A stretch of DNA of 64,000 nt from Octopus bimaculoides (taxonomy: Eukaryota): assembly GCF_001194135.2 (NCBI RefSeq), contig NC_068983.1, positions 150,389,295 through 150,453,294 of the forward strand. The letters are read 5' to 3'. Positions 1-12,590 of this stretch are shown in pieces (the first letter of the stretch is position 1; every line of letters starts with the position of its first letter). Below the pieces are notes generated by a model that made no database searches, was not told the DNA's origin, and saw nothing but the letters and a program-made list of their open reading frames with translations. The position numbers and the translations under genes were made by a program.

Positions 1-1457
1 ACATACAAAAACCAAAATGCAACGGGTTGCAGTGTTAGATCACCTTAATGGGTATTGTCAGAAACACAGATTCAATTTCTGACTAGAACGATCTCCATTT
101 AATGCTTAAGGAGGAAAACTTATAAACGTCCACAGCAAGCCGCTATCCACCCTTTAAGAGTTCAAGTGTATGTATGTGAGCGTGTGTGTGGTGTGAAAAT
201 AAATACTTCATTGAACTTGATTTCGCTTGGTACCAAACCTAACCTAAATAATTAAAAATTGAAGATTTGGAAAATGTAGAACATAAATAAAAGAACAACG
301 AATGTTTTCAAAGATCCACGGATTCAAATTACACTTTTAATTCTGAGAAGCGTATTCGGATATATCTTCCAATAAAATGAAGCAGAATTTTGGAAATGAG
401 TTACATTTTGACACCACCCCACCAAATATGTATTATTCTCTGTATGTGCGCATATACATACTATAGTATAACAATTTTCATAAAGTTATACAATTCACAA
501 ACATGAAGTAATTGTGTATTTTACTCGAAGAAAAAGTTTATTAAAAACTGTCTAAGTTTAATCGCACAAGACGGGGATGGGGAGATCAACATGTTCGTAA
601 AAAATTAAGTTAGATTTATATTTTTAGAACTTAAAAAGATAGACACTTTATATATATATATATATATATATAATACAAAATGGGACAAGAACGCAAAATA
701 TCCAGACAGGTGATACAAGGGACAACAAAACATCCAGATAGACTATATATATATATATATATATATANNNNNNNNNNNNNNNNNNNNNNNNNNNNNNNNN
801 NNNNNNNNNNNNNNNNNNNNNNNNNNNNNNNNNNNNNNNNNNNNNNNNNNNNNNNNNNNNNNNNNNNNNNNNNNNNNNNNNNNNNNNNNNNNNNNNNNNN
901 NNNNNNNNNNNNNNNNNNNNNNNNNNTATGCATATATCCATACATATATGTACATACCTACATCCATATGTATGCATACATGCATATATGGTTATATATA
1001 TATATATACATTTTTATTAAATCGTTCAAGTCGAAGCCTTCTTTACATAAGCAGAATCGATTGTTATTTAGAATATATACATATTTAACGGTAAAAACTT
1101 TAGTGACAAGAACTTTCAACGACAGAAGATGGAAATTGAAAATCGAATACAAAAATTACGACAAAAATCTATATGTAAAAAAACACACACACACACACAC
1201 ACAATCAGTATTATAATTGTAAGTCAGCTTTTATGAATATACAGATATACAAAGATTATATATCTATACACGTATCTACGTATATATATAGTGTGTGTAT
1301 AATACGTTATATATATATATGTATACTAAAAACTCTAGAAAGAGGACATCTTTTTTGCTTGTTTTTTTTTAATATCGTTTCACTTCCACCAGCTGTTTCA
1401 AACGAAATTATCCAATAAACAATCTAACAGTGCACAAGATATTCAAGAGGCACTCAC

Positions 1458-1520
1458 CTGCATTCCGAACCATGGATTCATTTCATATGTAGTTCCATTG
1501 GAGATAATCCCGCTGGACAT
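1458..1520 (-). CDS. Probable first coding exon of an unidentified gene (MSSGIISNGTTYEMNPWFGMQ); gene continues leftward
   Basis: ATG at 1520 gives 21 open codons ending at a consensus donor CAG|GTGAGT (intron starts 1457). The other two frames hit stops before the donor. Upstream DNA is CpG-rich with an ETS-type motif. Protein not recognised. Confidence 0.5.
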
Positions 1521-1574
1521 TTCTCCTTTAAAGACCCAAACTTATAAAAGCTTCACTCGAAAATAGTCACATCC

Positions 1575-1645
1575 GTTTCATTTTCGCCGGAAGTAGTGCA
1601 AGTGTCAGTCGATTGAGTCTGCGCAGCCATCATTTTCCTTTCTAT
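1575..1645 (-). promoter_or_regulatory. Housekeeping-type core promoter / 5' leader region
   Basis: Minus strand reads AAGGAAAATGATGGCTGCGCAG (YY1-like) ... CTACTTCCGGCG (ETS CCGGAAGT on +), CpG-rich, just upstream of the 1520 ATG. Confidence 0.4.
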
Positions 1646-3465
1646 TTATTATTAGTATTATTCTTATTACGTTGACGTTTAACCCTAGGCTAGCCTTCAT
1701 TCAGCAAATCTCTAATGAAAGTCATTCCAGCCATGACTATCTCGTCTGTTTCTCGGGCATTGCGTACCTAGAATACCTTAGTCAATGTTTCCCCCCTTTC
1801 CACGAAAGAAGGATGACATTTAGGGAGATTTAATTGCTATTTCTTGCTGGTTGAGCGAACATAGTTCATACTATTTATTATTGTGGGTTTTGTCTTAACC
1901 ATCAATGGAGAAGTAAATTGAAATCAATTTTGATCAAAATTAATATCTTGCCTAGTTTTTTTTTTCTTTTTCATAAGCGAAACGTCAAATCATAAAGATC
2001 CCGTTTTTATCTTTAGATGCTTTATCGTATATTGACAACTTTTTAAAAATATGAATTCAGCATGTTGCGTGAAAAACAAAAATAGCCGCATTAAAAACCA
2101 GTGTGAGAGAACATCTACATGATCACTCGATCTGCTAGAAATAGCAACTGAATCCCACTTCACACTCTAAGTGAGGTTGTCTTTGATATACTATAGTAAA
2201 CAAAAAACAAAACGAGATGATCGTGGCTAGAACGCCTTTGTTCATGTGTCTGCTCGGCCAAAACTGACCGGGTGGGGTTAAACAGACTTCGAGGAATCCA
2301 GTTGTAGTCTAGTAAAAAATCGGTTGATAAAGTTATCAGTTTAAATAAGCGACGTTAAATATGCATCTTGTTGGCACTTTGCTCGCCTCTACACTTGTCT
2401 CACTGCTAGGAATAGTTTTTTTAATTTTTTTTATTGGTATATTTCTTAGATTAGTTTAATGTAGCCGAGTTGGTTATTTCAATTGGTATGAAATTAAATT
2501 AATGACAAAGGAACAGGAAATTGGAAACCAACTACATTTTATCAGAAGAAACACTTTGAGGTTTTTACTGCACTGTTTCTTCCATTTAATCTGTAATTTC
2601 TTCAAAGATCTAAAAAAAAGTTACATTTTCCAATCTTGATCAGGAATTCCCTAATTTTTAGGTTGGACTCTTTGGAGAAAAGTAAGAGGTATTCGCATAA
2701 GAAAACGTCACGCATCCAGTAAGCTGGAAAAATCGTTAAAATATGGGTTAAAAAGAAAAAAAAAAAGTAACTACTGCTGACTTCAGTACACGTCGGGTTC
2801 TTTTATGGAATATGGATCGTGCTTGACTGAATTGTGTAAAGGAGTCCTGTGTATTTGCAGATATGTTGTAATATTCACACCTTTCGAAAGGACATCATCA
2901 GCTAACTTGTACTTGTAAAATTGTCTTTTATTGCTAATTGTACAAATTATCCTACCGATGGAATAGATTATTATAAATCACGAGGAAAAGAAAAGTAGTT
3001 GAGCTTACTTTTACAAATGTTGAATAACTTCAAATGATGTTTTTAATTATTTAGTCTAAAAAGAGGTAATAAAGTCTAAAAGAAAAGGAGAGCATTGCAC
3101 TTCTGTCCCAGCTGTCTTAGTTTTTCCTCTTTCCATAGCAGATAAAACCCAACACATATTTCTCCTCAATAAATTTTGGATCTTATGCCCATGTAAGAAA
3201 AAATAGATGAGCTTCAGTAAAGAGACACTACATAGAATGAGGCTGATATAGTTAATATTCAGTATAAGCATTTGTAGGTTATTAGCAGGAGTGAACCATG
3301 TGTGTGTAGAGAGAGATAGGCACTTAAAACATTGCTTGCGGAAGAAAAATTGGATAAGTGCTTATTACAAGTTTTAAGGAGTGAGACAGTAGGGATCTAG
3401 AGAGGAAGTCAAACAAGCGACAAATGGTTTTAGATGAAAGACAGTGTACAATAAATAGTGTAAGT

Positions 3466-4009
3466 ATCTTGAGAGAAAAGCTGAACATAAGAAGCGTCAG
3501 TATGGTGTGCAAGAGAGACGATTGCGCTGGTTTGGACATGTGGTGAGAATGAATGAGGATAGCTGCGTAAAAAAGTGCCACTCCCTAACAGTTGAGGGAA
3601 CCCGTGGAAGAGGTAGGCCCAAGAAGACCTGGGCTGAGGTGGTGAGGCAAGACCTTCGAACATTGGGCCTCACCGAGGCGATGACTACTGACCGAGACCT
3701 TTGGAAATGTACTGTGCGTGAGAAGACCCGGCAAGCCAAGTGAGATCGTTGCCAGTGCCCCTGGACTGGCTCTTGTGCGGGTGGCACATAAAAGACACCA
3801 TTTCGAACGTGGCCGTTTTCGTGCGGGTGACACGTAAAAGCACCCACTACACTCTCTGAGTGGTTGGCGTTAGGAAGGGCATCCAGCTGTAGAAACTCTG
3901 CCAAATTAGATTGGAGCCTGGTGTAGCCATCCGGTTGCACCAGTCCTCAGTCAAATCGTCCAACCCATGCTAGCATGGAAAGCGGACGTTAAACGATGAT
4001 GATGATGAT
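3466..4009 (+). mobile_element. RTE-clade LINE, 5'-truncated (ORF C-terminus, 3'UTR, (GAT)n tail)
   Basis: ORF 3507-3743 QERRLRWFGHVVRM...GRGRPKKTWAEVV is the typical RTE ORF end; the 3'UTR ends in AAACGATGATGATGAT; near-identical copies recur across the window. Confidence 0.92.
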
Positions 4010-4410
4010 TGTATAACCGATGTGGTAAAAGCTGAAGAGGTAAATACTTAGATTGGAAGAAGTTCTGAACAGTTCAACTTGAATTCACACAGTATCACAG
4101 ATCTATTCAATTTGGTTATAAATTTACGATTTTTTTAAAAAGTGTATGTTATACACTAACTCTTCACGAACAATCTATTCTAAAAATAAAAAAAAGTATT
4201 TTCGAAGAGGAATATTTCAAGTTGTCCATTCTTTAAATCTTTCAAATAGTTTCACGAATGTTATAAATTTAATTGCATGTTATTTTGATAATAATGATCA
4301 CCTATAGCACAAGGCCACAAATTTATAAGGGAATGATGTAGTCAATCGATTTGAATTTACGATTGATATTTTATTGATACCAGACACCATGAAAGACAAT
4401 ATCCACCTTC

Positions 4411-5798
4411 TAAAGGTGAGCACCGTTAATCGAAATGTTAACTTCGTTAACTGTTAATCTGTTAACCAATAAGTTAACTTGGATAACTGCTAATCAGTTA
4501 ATTCTTTAAAAATGTAACGGAAATTATCGATAAACTGTTAACATTAATTTTTATTACAGCAAAAATTCAGTTTTGCTCTAAAAACACCTTTAAAAAGTGC
4601 CATAACTATAAAAGCAGCCTTTATTGGCCTTTTTAAGGGCTTTAGAACCCCAAAACTATAGTTTTTTTTTTTTTGCTTTAGAGTTTAAAAAATGCTAATT
4701 TTATAGTTTTAACTTTTAAAAGACCTAAAAACGGCTGATTTCATAGTTTTTGCTCCCTTTGTTTTAAGGGTTTAAAGGCTTTTAGAGCTAGAAAAAGGTA
4801 AAAAAAAAAAAGAAAAGAAAACTCAAATGAAACACAGTAATACAGGGTGTCCACAAAGTCTGAGTACATGTTGTAAATAAAGTCATGACATAAACAATTA
4901 AATATAAGAAATAATTTCTTAAAGTATGTGTTAATCCCCATGTGGGTACATAGAGTAAATAAAATCATAACATAAACAATTGAATATTAGAAATAATAAT
5001 TTCTTAAAGTATGTATTAATCTCCATGTAGCCAGACTTTGTGGACACCCTGTAGTATTAAACAGATTATACTGGCACCAAAAAAGTTTATTGATAAAGTA
5101 GCTGTAAAAAAATATGAAAAATACGATATATACATAATTTAATTTTTCCTTTTCTTCTCTCCATTTTGTTCCTGAGAGGCATGTTGCCCTTCATGAAAAT
5201 TAGTATTGCAAAGTTTTCGTCAGACAGGATGATCTGTTGGCCCTCAAGATGTCCTTGCCCATAGAGAACAAACGCTCCACTGAAGTACTGGAGTGGGTGG
5301 CTGTGTTGAACTTGATGAACAAGTCCACCAACATTTGCTCACCCAAGAAGGCAGCATCTGTCAGCAAGTCCTTGAAGTTGGTCTCCGACCAGATGCTGGG
5401 CCTTGTCCTTGAGTGACCTGTGGTTCCTGCTGCTCTCTTTTGGCTGGGTAACATCACTGAAGAAGTCATCCTCCTTCTCTTTGTTGTTGCTGCTCACTTC
5501 GTCAGACTGCTACCTCATGGCCTCATTGACCTTACCCTCCATGCTTTTCCTCACCTTAGCGACCTTGGTGTTGTCATACTTATCCAACCAGATGAAACGA
5601 AACTTGGGGTGGAAGACAGCAGCCAGCTGGTATTCCTCATCCTCCAGGAGGCTCCTAACGGAAGTTAACTCAAGAAGTTAAATATAATGGAAGTTAATTA
5701 GTCCGATAATGATTTCCAAAGTTAACTTGAAAAGTAAAATCGTTCACGAAAATATTAACTTAGTTAATTAGCAATTAACGGTTTAGTGCCCAGATTTG
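4411..5798 (-). mobile_element. Internally deleted hAT DNA transposon
   Basis: 8-bp TSD CCACCTTC (4403-4410) / CCACCTCC (5799-5806); imperfect TIRs TAAAGGTGAGCAC / CAAATCTGGGCAC; many subterminal GTTAAC motifs at both ends. Minus strand 5200-5665 encodes LAAVFHPKFRFIWL and ...SSTSVERLFSMGKDILR (hAT dimerisation motif) with stops and frameshifts. Confidence 0.85.
4843..5051. mobile_element. Tc1/mariner-type MITE nested in the hAT element
   Basis: TIRs CAGGGTGTCCACAAAGTCTG / CAGACTTTGTGGACACCCTG flanked by TA on both sides; the interior holds a diverged ~60-bp tandem duplication. Confidence 0.88.
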
Positions 5799-6562
5799 CC
5801 ACCTCCTCAGAACAGGATTTGAACTGGGAACGTAGAAAGTCAAAAATGCTTTATAGCCTACGTTTCTATCATTCCACGGTCTTCTTGATTTGTCGGGACT
5901 ATTCCAACTGACATGTGATACAGAATCAATAATTTATAGCATGGGCATTAGTAAAATATAGAGATGATATCGGTTTTGGTGGACGCTTGTCACTCATCAT
6001 CTCAGTCTCTGGTCACGGACGAGTTTTTATCTCTCTCTGATCTTTCTCCTGCTACTAAAATGATTTTTTGTTATTGGAAGTGGCTAGTCTTCATTCAGGT
6101 GCTCGCTTCTCGACATATTCTCAAGAATACTGTACCGACCACTTCGCTCTCGCACTACCATTTCCTCTCCAAAACGTCGACCTTCTGGAATTACTCCCCG
6201 GTACACATTTTATTTTGCGATCGTTAAGTTGCATTCTTTCAAAAAGAGCAACAATCCTATCGGTTTCACTGGTCTCAGAGTTTGTGAACAACATGGGCAC
6301 AACCCATTCTTCCAGATCAAAAGAAAACAAATAAAAACAACAAAAATAACGTTCTATTCTCGACATTACAATACTGATTATAAGACATGCAATCCCCGTG
6401 AATTAGTGGTTCGGCAAAACAATTCAATAGAATATGTACCAGGCTTTAAAAAGTTATGGGGTCGATTCATTCGACTAAACCCTTCAGGGTACTGCTTCAG
6501 CATGGTCGCAGTCTAATGAATGAAACATAAAAGAATCTAAAGACTTTTTTGTGACATCAGTT

Positions 6563-6760
6563 AAGCTGTCAGAATCCTTAGAGCGTCGGAAAAGTGCCTT
6601 GCAGCATCTGTTCCGTCTCTTTACCTTCTGAGTTTGGCCCTACCGAGATTAATTTTGCTTTTCATCTTTTCATGATCGATAAAATAAAGTACCAACTGAG
6701 TTCTGGAGTCAATGGTATCGACAACCCCACCCCAAATTGCTGGTCTTGTGACTAAATCAA
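6563..6760 (+). mobile_element. tRNA-derived SINE, family C (diverged)
   Basis: Matches the copies at 10.4, 11.2 and 13.6 kb (...TTCTGAGTT...TTTCATC...GATAAAATAAAGTACCA...AAATTGCTGGTCTTGTG). Confidence 0.65.
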
Positions 6761-6778
6761 AAACAAAACAACAAAATT

Positions 6779-6839
6779 ACAATTGCAGCGTGGAAGGTGT
6801 TTATAAGCCATTTGAAAACACCTTTCACGCTGCAATTGT
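6779..6839. repeat. 24-bp inverted repeat with 13-nt spacer
   Basis: ACAATTGCAGCGTGGAAGGTGTTT (6779-6802) vs AAACACCTTTCACGCTGCAATTGT (6816-6839), one mismatch. Confidence 0.9.
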
Positions 6840-7533
6840 TTTTGTTTCAGCATACGATCTCAGCTCAGGTCACTTGTTATGCAAGTACATTTCCGTAAAC
6901 ACATTATTACGTTTATTTAGTGTGATGAGAAAGCATTATTTAATAACAAACAATAACACTGTTTAGAGGAGGGGTTCTCAACCATTTTCTTTTATCTATG
7001 GACAGCTTGATTACTATTTTATTCTGGTGGACCCCTATAGCCATTCGATGTTTAAAAACTAGTTTTATAGGAACTTCTTTCAAAATTCGTATTTTGATTT
7101 TTCACACATAAGCTTGTATAGGATGAACTATGTAAAATGTTAAAGAAACCTAGCTGCTTCTTGCAATGCATACATTTAAAGCAAGAGTTGGAAAAAATGC
7201 CTCGAGAAATTTATTCCGTCGCAGTCAACTATGCCTTTCGTCCATTGTGGAGCTGAGTATATACAATAAACAACCAGTCAATTACCAATGTTGATGATAC
7301 TGGCCATCCTTCTTTACTCAAAACTGCTGACCTTGTACTTAAATCAGAAACAAATATTAATTAGCCAGAACAGCAGCACCGGTGAGGCCTGTGTGGTTGA
7401 TGCAGTTCGAAATTTTCTGTAAATTCTGACTAAATGGTTTAGTAAAAAGTGGTTAAATATATTCAAATGCCTTCCCCTCCATTTAATTTCACTCAATAAA
7501 AGTCAATGTATGCGTAGAAAAACAGCACCCAAC

Positions 7534-7881
7534 GACGTTGAGGAATCCAGTTGATCCGATCAACGGAACAGCTTGCTCGTGAAATTAACATGCAAGTGAT
7601 TGAGCACTCCACAGACACGTGTACCCTTATATACCGGGTATATTCAGCGTGACACAGTGTGACAAGGCTGACCCTTTGAATTACAGGCACAACAGAAACA
7701 GGAAGTAAGAGAAAGTTGTGGTGAAAGAGTACACTAGGGTTCGCCACCATCCCCTGCCGGAGCCTCGTGAAGCTTTAGGTGTATTCACTCAATAAACACT
7801 CACAACGCCTGGTCGGGGAATCGAAACCGCGATCCTATGACCGCGAGTCCGCTGCCTTATCCACTGGGCCATGGCGCCTCC
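7534..7881 (-). mobile_element. tRNA-derived SINE, family A
   Basis: Minus-strand head GGAGGCGCCATGGCCCAGTGGATAAGGCAGCGGACTCGCGGTCATAGGATCGCGGTTTCGATTCCCC has Pol III A and B boxes; second copy at 34214-34560. Confidence 0.88.
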
Positions 7882-7980
7882 ACCAAGAAATAGGTATCAT
7901 TCGTGGAAAAATAACACGATAACGATATTGTACGTAATAAAAAGAAGATCGAACAAAGGGAGATAACCTTGCTTAAAACT

Positions 7981-8040
7981 ATTTCACTTCCTCTTCCTGC
8001 TACTTTTCCTCCTCCACACTGCCGCATAAAAGCGAAAATG
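7981..8040 (+). promoter_or_regulatory. PSMD12: Putative PSMD12 TSS / 5'UTR
   Basis: Pyrimidine-rich CACTTCCTCTTCC tract followed by GCGAAAATGGC (YY1-like) overlapping the start codon. Confidence 0.4.
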
Positions 8041-8136
8041 GCTTCTGATTCAAGCGATGGTCGTGTACAGAAAATGGAAGTGGATTACTCATCCACCGTC
8101 GATGAAAAAGTACCAAAATGTGAGAAAATGGCCAAG
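8038..8136 (+). CDS. PSMD12: 26S proteasome non-ATPase regulatory subunit 12 (Rpn5), exon 1
   Basis: MASDSSDGRVQKMEVDYSSTVDEKVPKCEKMAK matches the Rpn5 N-terminus (DGR.VKMEVDYS); donor AAG|GTAAAA. Confidence 0.96.
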
Positions 8137-9211
8137 GTAAAAAAAGAAGAAAATATAAAATCATTATTGTTGATGAAACTTTTATCTTACCATTGTTGTT
8201 ACTCCTCTGCAAACCCGTAAACGTTGTACGTTAAGAGTTATCTTCCTATTTTAATGTAATATAGTAAAATGCTTTGTCATACTTATTCTCCAAACAGCGG
8301 TACATTCTCTCTATTCTATATTTATAGATGTATAAATGCTTGTGAAGACATGAATAATAAAATAAATATATATAAAATCATGTGTCTTCCATGCAAAAAT
8401 TTACTTGCTTTATCATTTAAAGATTCTTCCCTCGCCTTTTCTTTAAAGTATTCTAAAAATCATTAACCAGCGATAGAAAGACTATGTTGTAAAATTGCCG
8501 GTGAATTGAATATAATCTGATATTCGATTCCTGGTTGTGTAATTGTATCACATCACATGGGTTATTAAATGATTTATTGGTTCTTCTATAAATATGGGGC
8601 CTTGTAGTCACGTAAGAAACGTGTATGCTAGTTTGATGTTTAACTCCAGTTTAGAACCGACCGTTTACCATCCCGTTTTCTATCTATGAAAGTGTATCTA
8701 TGGCTATGTTATATAATGTGTCGGTAGTCTTGTATCATCTGCATCTCTGTTACAGGAATTAAAAAGAAAAAAAAACCTCGTTAATAGGTGCAAAGTATCC
8801 GTCCCTCTTTTTTTTCACAGGAAGGGTGCAATATGAAGTAAATTTTGCTAATATTGTAGCAAGTTGAGTAAACGACGCACAGACGTGCATGTCTTTGTAG
8901 TTAACAAAAAAGAAGCCAGTCCTAATCGAGAAAGTCTGTAATCAAAAGGTTTCCAGTTGTGACCATCCTGTCTATTTTTTAGGCATACTTTATCTCAGAC
9001 CACATAATCCAGTGTATTTCCTTTCGTTTAAGGTGGTGGTGATTGGGGGGTATTTGGTTGCTATATGTAGGATGTCGAACGACCACATAAAAGTCCCATT
9101 GTTGTAAATGTAATGATGAAATGAACGTGTAAATATTTTTCGTTGTTCTGCTATTTCCCTTTTGTACTAGTATTCTTGGTAAATTGAATGTAACCGTTTA
9201 CTATTTTTCAG

Positions 9212-9271
9212 CAAGGAAATCTGACTGAGGCCATAGATATGTTATTGTCTTTAGAGAAACAAACTCGAACT
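9212..9271 (+). CDS. PSMD12: PSMD12 exon 2
   Basis: TTTTCAG|QGNLTEAIDMLLSLEKQTRT|GTAAGT, 60 nt, phase 0. Confidence 0.95.
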
Positions 9272-10268
9272 GTAAGTAATTCAGTTTTTAAAAATTCTTT
9301 TTTACAAAACATAATACAACTTTTGTATGTAACAGTAGGCCCACACACACAGGTATTGCCGACCGGTTGAGAAGTTTGCTTCACAATCATCTGGTTTTGA
9401 GTTTAGTTCCATTATGTAGCATCTTCAGAAAATGTCTTCTATTATAGCTCCAGGTCGACTAAAGCCTTCTTAGTTGATCTGGGAGATGCTAAATGAAATA
9501 AGTCCATCGTGTGCCTGTGTAAGTTTATTACTTTGTACTAGCTGTAAAGAAGTATTGTCATTTTACAAGTGTCATTTGTTTGCAGTCTTCTATGAAAACA
9601 TGCCTAGCCATTGCGCTGTTCATGTTCAAAGTAATAGGGGGAATATTACCTTGCTTGGAAACGGGTGTTGGCTACAAGATGAGCATCTAGCTGCAGAAAA
9701 TCTGCCTCAACAAATTTCAAGTGACTCCTACAAGTATGCAAAAACTTGATGCTAAAACAATAATGATGGTATGAATAAATATACACATATGTGCATGCTT
9801 TATACAGATGTTAACACCTTGTCTTTATATACAATGCTAGTCATTATATAAAATTTTAAATTACATGATGAGTGCTGTTCCATATGACTTGAGCAGGAAT
9901 CTGAAGTACATTTTTTTCTTATAGCATTATAGGAAACTTTTGTGCTATTTGTTTGGTGCTGTATTCAATGAATTTGAAATGCTTCAAATATGCCATTACA
10001 GCTACACATATCTTAGAGAGCGGGGAATATGTATTTGCGAAATTTGAAAATATATATATTAGTTGCCATATACTTCATATTAAGTTACTATATATTGCAT
10101 ATTTTCTATTATAGTTTTAGTAATTTGCATGCAAACATTCATGCAAAGGTGTTTGAATGTAATTGTGATTGACTATAAATATGTTTGTCTGTGTGTGCTT
10201 ACATACAAGTGTCTGTGTATCTCAAAGTAATCAAATCTAAATATTCATTTTACCTTTCATTCACCAAG

Positions 10269-10397
10269 GGTGCTGATACTCACTCAACCAGTAGGATTTT
10301 GGTAGCTATAGTGAAGCTTTGCTTTGAAGCGTCTAACTGGGGACTGCTTAACGAACACATTGTGCTACTTACCAAGAAGCGTGGACAAATCAAACAG
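10269..10397 (+). CDS. PSMD12: PSMD12 exon 3
   Basis: GADTHSTSRILVAIVKLCFEASNWGLLNEHIVLLTKKRGQIKQ, AG/GT boundaries, 129 nt. Confidence 0.95.
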
Positions 10398-11841
10398 GTA
10401 AGCAGATAAAATCTTTATGAAGAGAGGTTATAATGTCAGAAATGATAGAAGGCCAGAATAAATGCTTCACAGTATTTGGTTTAATCTCTGTTTCAAGTTC
10501 AAATCTTGTTAAAATCATCTTTGCTTTTTATCCTTCCTCCAGTCAAGGACTGGTGTTCAATTTAATTGAACAACATCCCATTTCATTTGTAGTCTTGTTA
10601 GAAATGTTATTTTTGTTAAAAGTGATAACAAGGTGAAATAATGGAACACTGAAAATAAGTACCAGTTGATCACTGGGGTTGATGTAATCGACTAACCCTC
10701 TCCCCTTAAATAGCTAGTCTTGTGCCAAAATTTGAAACCAATATTTACTCTGAGTTCTGAGATTAAATCCTTTTGGGCTGATAAAATATATACCTAATGT
10801 AATGAAGTTGATTTAATTTGTGCATTCCATTGTAAGAAATCACTAGTATTGTCTTTCAGTTTAATGTATCTGTTCAGTTTTACTTATCTTAATGGACTGT
10901 TATAATCAATTTTGGGTTGTGGCTGAATTCTTACAGCATATGTGTGTGTGTGTGTGTGTCTAGAGAAAGAGGGTGTTAGTTTGTCATTTAAAGAGGCTCA
11001 TTTCTGAAAGTTTGTCATTTAAGTTTTTTTTTCTGTGGCAGAATATTCCTAAGGATATAAGTTCTTCCAAAAGTACTATTTTCTTCAATTCTTGGGCTGT
11101 TCTATTTTTCATGCCCAGAGCCCTTATTAATGATCCTTATTATCATTGTTGTTATTGTTGAATAGGGCAGTGGATTGACAGGATCTTAAGTGTCAGACAA
11201 TGCCCTGTGATATTTAGTTACATTTCATAATCTGAGTTCAAATCTTGCCAAAATCACTTTTGCCTTTCATCTTTTTAGGGTCAATAAAATAAAGTACCAG
11301 TCATGTACTGGAGCTAATGGCATCGACCTAATCCTTGCCACCAAAAATTTCAGGTCTTGAATCTATATAAGAACCAATTCTTTGTGAGTATTAGATGAAA
11401 TTCTTTGTGGTTTCAGTTAGATCATTTTTACATTTAAGTTCAAATCCCACTGAAGTCAACATTGCATTTTATTCTCCTGGTGTTCATAAATAAGTTCCAG
11501 TTAAATACTGAGTTGATTTGACTATGCCCACTTCCAAAATTTGTTGATTTAGTGCCTGTTAGAACAATCATCATTTAATGTCCAGTTTTCCATACTGGCA
11601 TGGGTTGGATGAGTTGGCAATCCAGAGAGCCACACCAGGCTCCAACTGTGTTTTGGCTTGGTTTTTATGGCTGGATGCCCTTCCTGACACTAACTATTTT
11701 ACAGTGTGTACTGGGTGCCTTTTTATATGGCACCATTGTTATTATTTGTGAGTTGGTAGAAGCAGTGTTGAATACAGAAACTCGTACAAAGTTTGCCCTA
11801 TTTTGTATAAATTGTAATTTTTATTATTTATTTGAAAACAG

Positions 11842-11949
11842 GCTGTAACAAAAATGATTCAAGAAGCTTGTACCTATGTTGAGAAAACCCCTAACCAAGA
11901 AGAGAAACTAAAGTTGATTGATACCCTTAGAACTGTTACTGCTGGCAAG
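11842..11949 (+). CDS. PSMD12: PSMD12 exon 4
   Basis: [36 protein letters not shown]|GTGAGT, 108 nt. Confidence 0.96.
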
Positions 11950-12485
11950 GTGAGTAACTATTGTTTTTCTATTTCTGCCCTCTACTTATCTTTCCACCCG
12001 ACAATCCCTACAGATCGTTTTGAAATAGTCAAAATCATTTCATAAAACTGGTTACTTTGAACCTTTTGCTATGGACAGGTAAGTTGTTACAGTGTGAATC
12101 TTTGACCAGAAAGATTGACAGCTCATAATCCTATTCACTGTTAGTGTACTAACTGGATAAAAAATGTTCTTGTGGATATGGCATGGTCTGTCAGCTCTTA
12201 GGGCTTGACTCTAAATTTATTACAAGTGTTCCATTGTTGTTATTTATTCCCAGGTCAGCTTTAATTGAATACTTCTATGATCAAAGGCTTTCCAGCCAAG
12301 ACTTTCCTGTTTTTTTCTCTTTGTGTGTGTGTGTGTGTGTATATATTTTGGACTACATTGTCCAATGTTTTATACTTTTTAAGGGGTAAGATGTAATTTG
12401 AAGGAGATTTTTGCTGCTATTTCTAGCAGGTTGAGTGACCGAATTTATACCCTATTTTTATATAACTTTCACTGTGTTACTTCAG

Positions 12486-12590
12486 ATTTATGTTGAGATT
12501 GAGAGAGCTCGCCTTACTCGTATCTTAGCCAAAATCAAAGAAGATGAAAACAACATAAGTGAGGCTGCCAACATATTACAAGAACTCCAG
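12486..12590 (+). CDS. PSMD12: PSMD12 exon 5
   Basis: [35 protein letters not shown], 105 nt, AG/GT. Confidence 0.97.

Noticed and set aside
631-1216. Long ORFs in the track at 0.6-1.2, 36.5-37.4 and 51.2-51.8 kb
   Set aside because: They are open only because they run through N gaps or TA/CA microsatellites.
1553-1555. In-frame TGA after the uORF as possible selenocysteine or readthrough
   Set aside because: Readthrough meets another TGA 24 codons later, before the splice donor; no SECIS evidence.
3497-3940. Recurrent 'LQLDALPNANHSESVVGAF' ORFs at several loci, resembling a gene family
   Set aside because: They are antisense translations of the RTE LINE 3'UTR, not genes.
5960-6400. Cluster of overlapping 80-95 aa ORFs
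   Set aside because: No recognisable motifs or splice signals; probably a decayed repeat.
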